A DNA stretch of 64,000 nt from positions 127,412,001-127,476,000 of the forward strand of contig NC_058368.1 of NCBI RefSeq assembly GCF_018350175.1. Direction: 5' to 3'. The DNA comes from Felis catus. Its lineage: Eukaryota. The notes beneath the pieces were generated by a model. It was not told the DNA's origin. It saw only the letters and a program-made list of their open reading frames with translations, and made no database searches. Each line of letters begins with the position of its first letter. Positions within the stretch are counted from its first letter, which is position 1. A program made the translations under genes and the position numbers. Of this stretch, positions 26,996 through 40,796 are shown piece after piece.

Positions 26996-28040
26996 ATAAG
27001 TTCTAGGAAGAAAAATTAAAAAGGAAGGGATATGGAGAGCTCCAGGAATAGAGATGGTACAGATATAAATATCAAAAAAGATAGACACAGAAGCCATCAC
27101 AAAGAAGATCTTTGAATAAGGAGTGACAGATTTGAGGAAGTAAAGGGGTATTGGGGAGATTCAGGTTCTCACCTGAAGTAACAGAAAAACAGAGCCCCTG
27201 AAGCAGGACTGTGCTTGGAGAGCCAGGAGAATAGAAGGAAGTCAGTGTTCCGAAGCAGTAGTAGGAGCTGAATCAGAAGTGACAGGAACCCACAGGTGGC
27301 AGGTTACTGTGAGGCTTTTAATTCTGGTGAAGATCAGAAGTCACCAATGGGTTCCAGGCAAAGGAGTGACCCAACATGACCCGGGATTTACAAGTGCCAC
27401 TCTGCTGATGTGTGAAGAGTAGACTGGAGTGAATAAAGAGGGTAGCAGGGATACTGGTTTTGGACAGTTGTCTCACAATCCAGATGAGAAAGAATGGTGG
27501 CCGGGAGCCAGCTGGCAGCAGTGGAGGGGATCAGAAATGGTCAGATTCTGGCTTATATTTGGAAATAAAGCTGGGTGGGGTTGCTGACTGGATTGGATGA
27601 GGTAGGTGGGGATGGGGAACAGGGGAGAGTCAAAGATAACTGTAGAGTTTGGCCTGAGATGGGAAATCCACGGGAGGAGTGTTTTGGCAGGGAAGAGCAT
27701 GACTTTGGTTTTGGAAGTGTTGGGTTTCATGCAGACAATAGACAACCAGGTGGAAATGGCAGGTAGGCAGTTGAATATTAACGTCTGATTTCAGGAGAGA
27801 GGTCTGGATGAGTGGTAGAAATTTACCAATGGCATGTAGATTTTAAGGCTTTGGGATTAAATGAGATCATGAAGGAGATACACAGAGTACAAAAGAGTCC
27901 ACAGACTAAGCTGGAGACATACCAATGCTAAGAGTTGAGGAGGAAGCAACAAAGGAGAATGAGAAGGTGTGGCCAAATCATAAAGAGGTAAACAAGGAGA
28001 ACAAGATGCCCTGAAACTCTAGTGAAGAGAATATTTCTTC
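26758..28040 (-). mobile_element. L2 fragment containing a (CA)n(TA)n microsatellite at 26918-26992
   Basis: tcaacaaatatttattgact (L2 3' terminus, reverse), then purine-rich L2 body (caatccagatgagaaag...ggtaggcagttgaatat...caggagagaggtctgg). Confidence 0.8.
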
Positions 28041-28692
28041 TCTGAATGTTAATATTAAGGCAACCATCAATTTATGTTAATAATGTCACACAGTGGAAAT
28101 TATCTTAATCCTTGGCTCAGTTTTTTAAAGATAGATGATTTGAGTTTTAATTTATTAAAGGAGAAAAACATTCCCCATTTACATTTTGCAATTTACTTGT
28201 GTAAGCTGAACTTATTTCCAGGCAACTACATAATTTAAATAGGTGCTGGCCCATTTCTTAGTTTCTGCCCTAATGGAACTGATGTGACCATGGAGTTAAC
28301 AGTGAGTTCAAACACTGCTCTACACTTACATTACTCCACAGGAAAAGGCAATTTTAAAATGCAAATATGTAGAATTAGGAAGGAAGACAATCATAGTGGA
28401 CTGCACATCTTATTTTTAAAGGAAAACTAGAATGGGATTTTATGCCAATTATAATATCCAAGTTTCATTTCATAACAGGAATTACATTTTTGTTTCACTT
28501 TGTTTAGTTTTTTAATAAAAACCCAAAGATTTCTTGGAAGTGTGGGAAATACAGATTTAAAGATAAAGTAGAGTTGGGTGGATAAAGGCAGCACTAGCCC
28601 TATTGCCTGTGATCACAGTTCAGAGCTATAAAATGATATAGAATATGCAATTAAAGTGACAACATGCAAAGTTACATATAATCCTTATCTCC

Positions 28693-29262
28693 TATGGAGG
28701 TTCTTCAAAAAATTAAATATATAACTACCCTATGACCCAGCAATTGCACTACTAGGTATTTATCCAAGGGATACAGGTATGCTGCTTCGAAGGGACACGT
28801 GCACTCCAATGTTTATAGCAGCACTATCCACAATAGCCAAAGTATGGAAAGAGCCCAAATGTCCATTGATGGATGAATAGATAAAGAAGATGTGGTATAT
28901 AAATACTCGGCAATCAAAAAGAATGAAATCTTGCCATTTGCAACTACGGGGATGGATCTAGAGGGTATTACGCTAAGCAAAATTAGTCAGAGAAAGACAG
29001 ATATATGATTTCACTCATATGAGGACTTTAAGACACAGAACACATGAACACAAGGGAAGGGAAGAAAAGGTAATATAAAAACAGGGAGGGAAACAAAACA
29101 TAAGAGACTCTTAAATATGGAGAACAGAGGGTTACTGGGGGGGTTGTGGGAGGGGGGATGGGCTAAGTGGGTAAGGGGTATTAAAGAATCTACTTCTGAA
29201 ATCATTGTTGCCCTATATGCTAATTAATTTGGATGTAAATTTAAAAAAATAAAATTACAATT
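28693..29262 (+). mobile_element. 5'-truncated felid/carnivore L1: ORF2 C-terminal remnant, 3' UTR and A tail
   Basis: ctaccctatgacccagcaattgcactactaggtatttatcc...ccaatgtttatagcagcacta...atcttgccatttgcaac; G-rich 3' UTR tract at 29136-29178; frame disrupted. Confidence 0.93.
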
Positions 29263-31907
29263 AAGAAATTAAAATAATAGAGATAATAATACCAGTCCCA
29301 TGTACCTAATCAGATGCGGTTATGTATTTTAAAGCGTTTGCAAACAAACTACAGAATATTACAGAATGTCAAAGGACTAATTCACTGTGACTTTTTTTTG
29401 ATGGGTGAAAATTTTAAAAGCACCAGTTGTTTTTCAGTCACTTGGAAGGAACTTATCTTTAAATCCACACATCCTCAGGCCACTCTGCAGATACTCAATT
29501 AAATTGAGTTATTTAACATGAGATTTTGGGATATTTATAATGTTAAACATTCTTGTTCTAGCCCTGCAGTCCTTGGATGGATGTCATTAGTATATATAAA
29601 TGTTAGAATAACATTTATACTTTAGAAATTATGAATCAACTCCAAGATTTCCTAGGATGTATTAGACAAAATGAAATTGACCCCCAATGTGTTTAAATTC
29701 TCAGTATTCCTGCTATACTGTGACTTTCTGGTTCAGACATGAATGCCTTAAATGGCCTCATAAACTTGAAAGGCTCTTGGACATTCAATATCTTCCTATG
29801 ACATTTTGATGAGTCTAGTGTAAATGAATCAAAAGCACATGGATTAAATTCCCCATGAACTACTACTACTCTTGGCTATGAGACACCTTAGGGAAAGTGT
29901 TTTGGCAAGGGGTCAAATATGCTTTGCTGACCCCTCAATATTTTCATGATTCTCAGTGGACATAGGCTTAGTCAGCATATTCAAAACAAGATAAAAGTGA
30001 CCAGAAGTGCCCGTGTTTGCTTGGACGTCACCAGTCTTCCTGTCTCCTTCAACTGGGAGGAAAGGGAGTTCTTCAATCGCACAGTCTCTGTAAGCCGGGG
30101 CAACCTGACCTCCTGGTTTTGCTATAGGTTTATTCTGAATGTGAACTCAGTAAGTTTAAAATTCTTTAGACTGCCCACCTCACACTCTTAACTAGCTAGT
30201 TAGCTAAATAGAAGTGAGTTTAGACCAAAAATGGACTGTCTTGTGAATTATACTGGATTCTATCTTTGAAATATTTAAGATTTTATAAAGTATCTCCAAC
30301 TTTTTATGAAGTTCTCCCCTCCCAATTCTTTAAATCAATAATAGTAAATAAAAAATATTTATGTTTGATCCATTCAGAATTGGGTATTTGAGATACTGTA
30401 AGACATCTTATTGGTGAAATGATCTTATAAAGAGATCAGTACTTTAAAGACTTTAGAAAGGATCTGGTTTACACCAATATTAGTCCAATATTTAGCAAAG
30501 TATGGGAAGTTTCCAATATATTTAATAAGTTATCACTGAAGTCCTCAAAATGGCCTTCTAAGGCTTAAAAAAAAGTAATTATGTTTTCTTTCAGCATCCA
30601 CAATCTGTCTCAATAGTAAACCAAGCAGTAAGGCTTTCTAACTTGCAAGGCAAGTCAAATGTATTTGCAAACATGCTGGCTTTTTAAAAAACAATATTTT
30701 AGGCTATAATTTACAATGGAATTTCAAAAATGTAGTCATTTCCACCCATTTGATTCTTATTTTACTTTATATAAAACCAGTCATTTTTCAGTTTTAAAGA
30801 ATTCAGCATGGTATTTAGGAGTCTCAGCACTTTCCTTCCATTTTGAAAATGTGCCAAGTATTGATGTGGTCAGTTCTAGGATTCCTCAAACCATTAGAAA
30901 TTACAAGTGTGTGATAAATATACCAATTTTCTAAACTGGTAACTCATGTTGAATTTAAGAATAGGAGCTACCTACAAAAAACATTTCCAAGTCACCATAT
31001 GTCAGTCCCTGCAATAGGGAGACGCTCCCTAGCGATTCTTCCAATTGATGGAATGATTAGCTGGCCCTTGTCATTTCAAATCTTATCTCTGAAGTGAAAG
31101 TAAACTGCTAAAGTTAATTTAAAATTTAGTTTTCCAACAGGTTTCAAACAGAACTACTCCTGTGGTTTGTGGTATAATGTTGCTCCCATGGAGATTATAA
31201 TTCTTTTTTTTTTTTCCTTTTCTATGAATTTTCAGAGCTGAAATTTGGGTAGGGCAGTCTTCTATATAGACTCTTTTATTATGTATATATACATAATAAA
31301 ATGTTATGTATATTTTATATATATAATATTATATATATATAGTATATATATACATACATTATACTTTAAGATTATCAAGGGTGATATAAATCTATTATTT
31401 AGACCTGATAATAATACATCTCTCCAAGATTTTAAAGTATTAGTCCAGGTGCATAAGATTTTATGCTTTGTTTTTTTCATTTTCTTTTAAAAAATTATCC
31501 ATCAGTTTTCTTATCTCCCACTGCGGAGGGTACAGATTGTCTTCTCATTTTCTGTCAATAGTACGACTAAAAAATGTATCCGCCAACATGCCTACAAGCT
31601 TTATTTTAGGTAGGGAGATTTCAAACCTTCTTTGCATGTGGATGATGTAGCTAGAGAGCTACTGTGGCTGAGGACCTCTTCATCCCCTATGTCCAACTGT
31701 GGAGGGCACAGCTTTGAAATCAGTGTTGCAGTCCTGCACAGTGCAGGTCATTTATGCACCTCTCTTTCATGGCCACCGCAATGAACATTATGCTATAAAG
31801 TGGACTCTTAAAGTGCGAGATTAAAAGTTAGTGTTGATCTATGAATGTCTGACCATAGAACTAGGAATAAATCAAAGAGTCTGAAAATTATTCAGTAATT
31901 CCCACTT

Positions 31908-32317
31908 GGTATGGATTGAGTTGTGCCTCCTCAAAATTTATACATTTAAGTTCTAGCTCCCAGTATCTAAGAACATAACCCCACATGGAAATAGGGTTAT
32001 TGCAGGTGTAAGTAATTAAGATGAGGCCATACTAGAGTAGATTAGGGTGGGTCTCGAATCCAATATGCCTGGGATTCCTATAAAAAGAACACTATGTGAA
32101 GAGACAGACACGCAAAGAGGGAGAATGCCACGTGAAGACTGAAGTTATGCTGCCAGAAGCTAGAAAAGAATCCCTTTCTAGTACCTTCAGAGGGAGCAAC
32201 CTGACAATACCTAGATCTTGGATCTTTCAACTTAAGAACTGTGGAACAATACATTTCTGCTATTTATACCACTCGGTTTGTGGAAATTTGTTACAGCAGC
32301 CCTACTAAACTAAAATG
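31908..32317 (+). mobile_element. MaLR solo LTR (MLT1B/C-like)
   Basis: ggaaatagggttattgcaggtgta...aagatgagg...gggtgggtc...aatccaata...ccacgtgaagac...tttgttacagcagcccta. Confidence 0.88.
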
Positions 32318-33544
32318 CCACCCCCATCCTCAATTTCCTGCATTCTGTCTTCAGCTCTTACCATGCCAATGAAATGCTTTCCACCAAGCAGTAACCTCTA
32401 TTCAGGTCACTCAGCTCCCTACTTGAAGCTTCTGACCTGTTGATCGCCCCTCTTTGAACCTCTCTTTACCATTACTTTTTAGTTTTTGTTTTCTTAACAT
32501 TTCTGAACACCTCTTCTCATCTCATTTCTTCAACAGTCATTGACAGTTTTCTACGTGTCATGGCAAAAAAAAATATTGTGCAATAAATAAGAGTCTCTGC
32601 TTAAGGAACATAAAGTCAGGTGCGTGAGAGAAGTAAATCATTGAGTACAGTCTTATACTATAAGAAGTCTTGTGGTACAAGAATATGTAGGAAGTACACC
32701 CAAGTCAAACCTGTAGATTTTGGCAAAGATCCTTTAAGAAAATGACATATAAACTGAAATATAAAGGGGGGTTACTGATGAAGGAGTGGAAAATGGGAGA
32801 GCTGGGCCAAGGGAAAGAGGTGCTCTAGGCACAAGGAGCAAGAAAGACCTGCACTTCCAAGAGGGTACAATGAGTGCACAACAAGAGGGTACAATGAACC
32901 TTGAGAACTGTGATCAGAGCTATGTGCAGAGTACAAGGGAGAGAAGAGCCTGTCCAGAGAAGAGAGCAGGTGTCATATCCTTATGGGCTGCATATGTCAA
33001 GTAACAAAGTTTGGACTAGATTCTGAAATCAAGCCATAGCCATGAAAATGTTTATGCAGGAAATATATATCATCATATTTATCTTTTAGAAATAAATATA
33101 CTGAGTATTGTGGGAGGAACGGACATGTAGAAGTAAACAAGACGGAAAGCAGAGGCACCATTAGGGCATGGTTGTGGTATTTCAGAAGAGAGATGATGGT
33201 GGCTTAGCCTGAGGTAGCACCTGTGTACTGTATGCGAAGCAGTGACTCACCTTGGAGAATACTAGAGATAGAACTGATACGACAAATGATTGGACAGGGA
33301 GGATGAAGGAGAGAAAAAAATTCAAAAGTAATAACCAAATTTTCACTTGTAAGATTTGGTGAAGACTGATCATTCACTGAGATAGAGACACAGGGCAGGG
33401 AACAGATGGGGGTGTGATGAGAAGGGGCTGGAGGTGGGAAGGTAGTCTTGGATATACAGAGTTTGGAGATGTTGTGTAGATAAGTTTAGAAAACAAATCT
33501 CACATTCAGGGGAGAGATCCAGATGAAAGTGGAAGACTAGTAAC

Positions 33545-33712
33545 TGCTTCTTAAGTTCTTGAAATCATCTGTGGAGGTTTTGAAAAATACAAGTTCCTAG
33601 GCCCAACGAACCTCTAGTAATTCTGCTTCAGATGGTTAGGATAGGGAATGGACTGCTGTTTCCATAGGATTTACAGGTGATTCAGATGCATGGCCATGGG
33701 TAGGCACCCCTG
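33545..33712. mobile_element. MER5A-like hAT-Charlie fossil
   Basis: gaaatcatctgtggaggttttgaaaaatacaagttcctaggccc...attctgcttcag...caggtgattcagatgca. Confidence 0.65.
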
Positions 33713-34099
33713 AGAATTGGAGTGAGAACACAGAGGACCATGAACAAAACACAGTGGAACACTATCATTTGCAAGAGAGACAAAGGATGGAGAAACTTCA
33801 AAGAAGATGGATAAAATGAAGCAGACGGCTAGAAACTATTTAAAAATAGAGAGTGGTCAATACTGTAAATACTGAAGATGTCCAAGTGAAATAAAGACTG
33901 GAAACTATTCACTGGATTTAGCACTAAAAATTTCCATATCTATAGTGGGGGAAATGCAAAATCAGGAGAAAAAATGTAAAATCCTTCGGTTGCAAAGATG
34001 AGAAGGGCAGTAGGTGGAAGGGGAAAGGAAGGCTAATGAAACTTTGTTTTTTTCATTGTTTTGGTTTTGCAAAGGAGTATTTTGAGCATGTGTATTTCT

Positions 34100-34570
34100 T
34101 GTAATTTTTTCCAGCTTTCCTGATGCATGATTGACCAATAAAAATTATATATAAAGTATCAATGTGAGGTTTTGATGTATGTATGTATTGTCAAATGATT
34201 ACCACAATCAAGCTAATTAGCATATCCATCATTTCACATAGTTACCATTCTTTTGTGTGAGGTAATAAAACTTGAAACCTACTCTCTTAGCAAATTTCAA
34301 GTATACAATACAGTATTATTAACTGCAGTCACCATTATGTGCATTAAGGTTCCAGAATTTTTCTAAGTGAAATTTTGTACCCTTTGATCATTGTCTTTCC
34401 CCCTTTCCCTTACTGCCCAGCCTCTGGTAATAACCACATATATATATTCCATGTATGTATATATACATACATTCCACATAAAAGTGGGATCATACAGTCT
34501 TTGTTTTTCTGAGTCTGGTTTATTTCACTTATCATGATGTCCTTCAGCGTCATCTGTGCTGTGACAGCTG
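34100..34570 (-). mobile_element. L1MA/L1MB 3' end
   Basis: aaatgattaccacaatcaagctaattagcatatccatc...tactctcttagcaaatttcaagtatacaatacagtattattaact...tttatttcacttatcatgatg. Confidence 0.9.
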
Positions 34571-35201
34571 CTGATGTTAATGAGTCAATATGTGCAGTGA
34601 TGCAAGAGATACAAGTGAAGTGACAGGTGAAGGAGGAAGTGCACCAAGGAGGCAGAAAGGGATAGGATTCGAAGCACAGGTGTAGGGTTCTCCTTCAGAC
34701 AGCAGAGATGGAAGCTTCCAAGTGACAGAAGGGGAAGGGTCTTAGTGTAGGAGAAATGGAGACAAGGTCGACTATAAAAAATATGTGCAGATGTTGGTAG
34801 CATTGAGGCTCCCTTCAGTTGAGATGAGAGACCATAAACTTGCCATGGTACCAGTATATGTGGCAATGATTTTCTCTGGAAACTGTATGGGTAAACATGG
34901 AAAGATCACACAGCTAAATTAATCCTGGCTTCTAATTTTCCTATTCAGGCACAGCAGAATAACAATGAAGGGCTCAGCAAGAGAGCAGCTGAAATAGACT
35001 ACTGGGTGTTTAACATGTTAAGAGGAGCTAGAAGGAAAGAAGGGTATGTTGGGGGTATGGGACATCTGAGTGTAAGATTTCAAGGTTGGCTGGGGCAATT
35101 CTGGGGGATCACAAAGCATGAAAGTGACCATGGGTGTGGATAGTCAGAGCAGAACTAAAGCCAAGGTCAAGGGATATTAGGGGGCTGGAGATGAGAGAGT
35201 A

Positions 35202-35350
35202 CAGGTTTGCTTTTCATCCTTGGCTGTGCATTAGAAACACTTGGGGAGCTATAATATCTCTCAATACACAGGCCCCAGTGAAATCAAGATCATTGTGAAC
35301 AGGATCAAAGCATGAATATTTTTTAAAGGTACAAAGGTTGAGAATCACAG
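35202..35350. mobile_element. MER5A-like fossil
   Basis: ccttggctgtgcattagaaacacttggggagct...aaggttgagaatcac. Confidence 0.65.
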
Positions 35351-36464
35351 AACAAGTGCTGTTGCCTTTTTGTCTAACTGGGCTCCAAAGTCACACAAGA
35401 TGGTAAATTGCATTCAAGATGAGTCCTTTTGGTTCTAAAACTCTTACTTAGGAAAACATTAAGGGAGAAGAGGGAAATGGCAAAACAGCCAGCATGGGGA
35501 AGTAACAAAGAGACCCAGGAGCTCTTAAATACTTTGTGGTTTATGTTAAAAAGTAAATGCAATTTGAATGGTATTGTTTGACATCTTCCTTACAGGAACC
35601 TAGAGAAACTTCCTATAACCTCATTACCCCTCTTCTCCTTGAAAATTAAAGACTTGAAAATTAAACATATCCCCACTTTCCTTCCCTCTAAAAGTTCAAT
35701 CAGACAAGATAGAGTCACCAGCCTATAAAACATTACCAGATTCAATTCTGCAATTTCCAGCCTTGACTTCAGAGGTGTCTCGAATTTAGTTTCTTAGACT
35801 GAGGACAGTCCTGGCTCGTGTCTCAATTACCACCCAGTCCCAGAGCCTGGAGACTTGGTCAGAACCCTTCCAGAGGTTGCATATGAGCATAACCCTTGCT
35901 TCACAAATAAAAGCTCAAAATTAGTAGATGTTCTTAATGTTTCTGGAGACAGCACCTTTATCCAAGACGCACTGAATAGGAAACAGCTGAGTTCCTCTTG
36001 TGACCGTGGTGTCTCCAGTATCCTGGAATTATAGGTTTTCATAGGAGTTTACCCAGATTAAGGCTTTAAACATGATCAGGAATCAAATCTAATAGGTCCA
36101 TATATGACGCTTCATCTTATCAAAGCAGCAAAAGAATGATTGGGTATCCTTTGGCACAGTAAGTAAATCACAGCAGTTTCTTGTGGAATAAATCTGAGGG
36201 ATGTTTTTCTCCTTGTTCTTTTGCCTACAGTGACAGAGGCCAAGGCCATTACCCTGAGAGGTCTAGGGTGGCAAAAGATCTTGTTATAAACAAAAGCACT
36301 CATAATCTTAGTAGCCTGTAGTCCCTACCTAGTCTGGCTTTGAAGGTATTGAATAGTTATTTAGACTCAGGTAACTAAATCATTTTATTTGATTGTTTTT
36401 CTGACCTAATAAATCAGCTAAGAATAAGGATATTTGGCTAATTAGACTGTAACAGTGAAGACCA

Positions 36465-36775
36465 AGCAAAGGATTTTTAGGGCAGTAAAAATACTGTGTA
36501 TATTATAATAATGACTATATGTCAGCATACATTTGTCTAAACCCAAAGAATATACAACACTAAGAGTGAACCCTAAGGTAAACTATGGATTTGGGATGAT
36601 TATAATATGTAAATGTACGTTTCTCCTTGGTAAACCATGTACCATTCTGTGTAACATTGATAATGGGAGAAACTGTTCATGTGTGAGGGTAGGAGGTATG
36701 AGGAAATCTCTGCACCTACCTCTCAATTTGTTGTAGATCTAAAACTGATCTAAAAACATAAGTACTTAGAAAAAA
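36465..36775 (+). mobile_element. L1MC-type 3' end
   Basis: catacatttgtctaaacccaaagaatatacaacactaagagtgaaccctaaggtaaactatgga...tctaaaactgatctaaaaa. Confidence 0.88.
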
Positions 36776-37704
36776 AAGGGGGGTTACCTATGATTTCAAA
36801 AGATGAAACTTGCCTGAACTTAAATGTGAAATTAAGTGGCCTGCTAGAGTCCAAGTTCAAAATCTGACATTTTCACTCAGAAAACAGAACTCCTTCTGCT
36901 ATACTCCTTTTATATAAATGTATATGCATACTCACACAAACATATACGGATATATGTATACATACACATAATTTTTTTAAGAGAAGACAAACATTTCAGA
37001 AGAAAAAAAAGTATTACAGTTGGTATCAATAACCATGTGGGATAAATTTAAAAGGTAATAATTCTAATTTTCTACAAAAAAAGTCATGGCAGAGTCATTA
37101 GAGTGCCAATAAACAAAACAAAGAAAGCAAACAAACAAAAACATTCAGTTTCAATCTGACTCTGTTGGGACTGGTAGTGTGTAGCTCATTTCTATCCAAG
37201 TTCAGATCTCAAGTCTAAACCTTGATGTACAGCTAATGTTAAGTATCACAATGGCTTTTCCTTTGTTTCAGACACACCTCTGTTTCTCTCCCTTTCTACT
37301 GTTTTTCTGCACCCAAAGGAAAAGGACTATCCCTTCAACTCTTCTGTCTTCCATGTCCAATCTTAAGGAAGCCATGCTATAGTTGTCAAAGCCAGCTCAA
37401 CACCATTCAGGAGAGTTCTTTAGCACAAGTGAAGTCATTAGCCTGAGACTCACCATCAACCCAATTCTCAAGTCAATAGGAGGACTGAGAATCTTGAATC
37501 AGATACCAGAACCTGACAAAGTACTTGAAACTGCTGCCAGTACACCATTACTATAAAGATCCAACCGGTACCTTAGGGCTAGTACTTTCTAAATTTACCC
37601 CATTTCCCATTACCACCACATCTCTCTAGTCCTCCTGTCAACACTCCTGATTCTTTATCTTTGTGATCACTACCCAAGATGAAAATCCCTTTAACTTTGT
37701 TCTC

Positions 37705-37882
37705 ACCATATTTCACTGATATTAAGATGCCTCTGATTGTGAGATGCATCATCAATTTGTTAATAGCTTTTCAGAAGAAAAAAGCCCTACCTTATTAAAT
37801 GAGCACATCCACTGTATGACTCATCCTAATTTCAGAAATGTTAAAATAATAAAAGGATACTTCAAAATTGTCAAATACAGAC
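37705..37882. mobile_element. TcMar-Tc2 (MER104/Kanga-like) MITE fossil
   Basis: catatttca...aagatgc...gattgtgagatgcatc...catcctaatttcagaaatgttaaaat...aaatacag; imperfect terminal inverted repeats. Confidence 0.55.
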
Positions 37883-37977
37883 AGAATGTCCTTGCTTATA
37901 GCCTTATTAGGTATAGTTTTCTTCCGCTCCAATATGTTCTGTAAGGCCCTATACTCTCATTTCCACTGTACCTCCAG

Positions 37978-38164
37978 TAAGGCACTACCCATTAGAATTC
38001 CTTATGGTGATAGAAATGTTCTAAAATTGGTGCTGTCCAATATCCAGAACCACATGTGGCCATTGAATGTTCCAACTGAGAAATGAAGTATTTTATTTTA
38101 TTTTAATTTAACGTGCAAATGTCCACAAGCAGCTAACAGCTACATGTATTGGTTAGCACAGTTC
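37978..38164. mobile_element. MER3-like hAT-Charlie fossil
   Basis: gtgatagaaatgttcta...gtgctgtccaata...ccacatgtggccattga...tattggttagcacag. Confidence 0.75.
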
Positions 38165-40070
38165 TGGAACTCCAGATCTAGCATCCTCAGGGTCCATTAA
38201 GTGGGCACTACTTCTCCAACAGTTCTCAAAAAATGGAATTATGTATTTCTTTGTATTACTATGACTTAGGAGTACTTAACCAATCATAGGGCTCTCCACT
38301 GCCCTTCCACACTACCACTCCATCATCATCTTTCAACTAAAACTGCCTGCTCTGAGGTCCACACCATCTGTTGTTTCCTGGTATCCAGAATCCCCTTCTA
38401 ATAACTGCATGATAATCTTATACGTGGGTCACAATTTTTCTTCTTGTTTTAATTTGTGCTGTTACCCTCAATAACAACCTTTATCACGGGGGCAGTTTCT
38501 TCATATTCAGCCCACTTCACATTGGAAAGCCAAAGTTATGAAGATGGTCATCTCTAACTCTGCTTTTTAATACTTTAAACTCTGTGGTTACCCTCTCTAT
38601 CTTCATATGAAGGTATTTGAAGGTACTTTTAAATTTTTGAAATTTAAAAATTTAAAATACTGCCACAGTTACCATCTTTGACTTAATGTATTATTTTAAA
38701 TCTCCTAGTTCACTCTGAATTTTGGATTCACCCTGGTAAAAACAACCAGACCCCAGAGCTCTTACCTCTGATTTTTTATAAACCTTGATACCCATCCTTT
38801 CTTTGTACCTTCTAGAATGTTAAGCATTGTTAGTAAAAACATTAACCAGGTGACTGGATGCTCCATGAACAATGCTGTTTACTTTTCCCAAGGGCTCAAT
38901 GTTTGTCAGGAATACCATTACTCAACAAGTTATTAAAAATCTTTATATTATTTTTAAGTTCACAACCTCATTTTCCTTTACTATTGGTAGAAAATAATGA
39001 GAATACTGAAAATAGCTGATATTTCCAAATATTTATAATGTGGCATGCACTATTCCAAGCATGCTATATGTATTATATCATTTGCTACTAATAAACATTA
39101 TTTGATTGTGTTCTATTGATCGTACTATCTTTTGTCACCTTAAAGAGAAGAAAATATATTTAAAATTTTCTCATTAAATGAAAGGATAAAAGCCACCTCA
39201 CATGACCTGGCTTGACATGTCTCATCTGAAGCCACTGCTCATCTTCTTTCCTTTTCCTGTATTTCAGAAAAATAATGCTTCTCCTTTCCAAAGGAAATTG
39301 ATCCACAAAGCCTCTTAATTCTTTCCCCTTTTTATCTTTCAAGACCTTTCTCTTGCTTCCATCCACACTGTCATGCTTTGGGACCTTCTCTTTATCTTTC
39401 TCTGGCACCTTCAGTCCATTTCTCCCCTCCTTCCTATGCCCTCATCCCAGCACACAATGATTCTTCTTTTTAATCTATAAATTATCATTAAAAAAAAGTT
39501 CTCTCTCAAATCCACCCGTTTCCCCGCTTCATTATATTTCCTTTCCTTTCCTGCTCCTTCAAACTATCTTACAGGGTGTAGGGGCAATGTGGGACTACAC
39601 AGAAAGAATGACACCAGGCAGTGGTGAGGTAGGAGGCCATGGATATGTGGTGGCACCAATACAGCAGCTTTCAGCTTTAATATGCGACAAACTAAAATGT
39701 TCACTCAGATTGCTGGATAGAGGTGTTAGATGGAGTCTGCCACCTGATCCAAACATCAGGACATCTAGTCCATATCTTACCCTTAAGAACTATTTCAATA
39801 CCTGGTCATGTCTTCATTTTACCTGGTAGTTCTTCATTTCTCAAATAATAAAACCTTCAGCGTTCCTTTAAGCCCTTACTGTTGGATTTCTCTCTGTATC
39901 GGTTCTGATCCCTACATTTTAATTCCTCAAAGATTATCATTTGGCCAAATTTTATGGCTGTTACTCTATTTGTCTTAGCATTTACATATAAGATGGTTAG
40001 TCATTCCAACAACCACCCTCCTTCTATGTTCTTTCCATCGTTTAAATTTCTTGACAAGAATGATACATCT

Positions 40071-40668
40071 TGGCTGGTGCAGAATCCTAAGATGGCCCTG
40101 TTACCTTCAGACCGGCTGTTACTCCATGATTATATTAAGGTAAATGGAAAAGGGAGTGTTTGTAGCTGTGCTTAAGGTTATTAATCCCTTGGCATTATGA
40201 TAGATTTGGGGGGGGGGGGGTATGTCTAGCCTAATCACATGAGCCCTTTAAAAGAGGCAGTTTTCTTTGGCTGGAAGCAGAAGAGGAAGTGAGACAGATC
40301 AGAAATGTGTAAGAGATTTGGCATGAGGGCTTTCAATGATGACATGGAGATCACCAAGGGCACCTTAGTGGCCCCTACAGCAGAGGGGACCCCAGCCAAC
40401 AGCCAAAAAGGACATAGGGACTTTGGTCCTATGACTGCAAGGAACTGAATTCTTCCAGTGAGAGGAATGAGTGTGGAAGATGAGCGCATGCTACAGACAA
40501 GACACAGCCAACCAATACCTTAATTTCAGCCCTGTGAGACACTGAGCTCAGCCCAGCCTAGTCAACCTTGGTTTTGGTCCTGAACACTGTGAGATTAAAA
40601 AAAAAAAAGTGCTGTTTTAAGCTGCTAATTTTGTGGTAATTTGTTATCAGCAATAGAAAACAAATACA
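40071..40668 (+). mobile_element. MaLR solo LTR (MLT1D/E-like)
   Basis: cagaatcctaagatggccc...cctaatcacatgagccctttaaaag...gcaaggaactgaattctt...tttaagctgctaattttgtggtaatttgttatcagcaatagaaaacaaataca. Confidence 0.88.
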
Positions 40669-40712
40669 GCCAAAAGCATCTGGGTAATTTGTTGCCCAGA
40701 TGCTTAACTAAG

Positions 40713-40796
40713 ATACAAGATCCTCTTAACTAAGGATACAGAGTTACAATCTCTGTAATTACACTCTCTGTATCCTTAGTTAAGAGGGCCTTGTAT
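40713..40796. repeat. Near-perfect inverted repeat, 31-bp arms, 22-nt loop
   Basis: atacaagatcctcttaactaaggatacagag (40713-40743) vs ctctgtatccttagttaagagggccttgtat (40766-40796): 29/31 complementary. Confidence 0.95.

Larger units (their letters stand above)
32520..35200 (-). mobile_element. Long decayed L2 interrupted by a MER5A-like element and an L1
   Basis: L2-type motifs (ttcagaagagagatgatggtggcttag; gtggtcaatactgtaaatactg...aagactggaaact...ggatttagca) on both sides of the inserts. Confidence 0.65.

Noticed and set aside
28693..29010. L1 ORF2 C-terminal coding remnant as a CDS
   Set aside because: 5'-truncated with stops and deletions; non-functional
32858..32897. Short direct repeats (caagagggtacaatga x2; similar ~20-bp duplications near 21200 and 46390)
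   Set aside because: Ordinary two-copy slippage duplications; no repeat-spacer array, so not CRISPR-like
40208..40220. G13 homopolymer
   Set aside because: Simple mononucleotide run inside an LTR; no further structure
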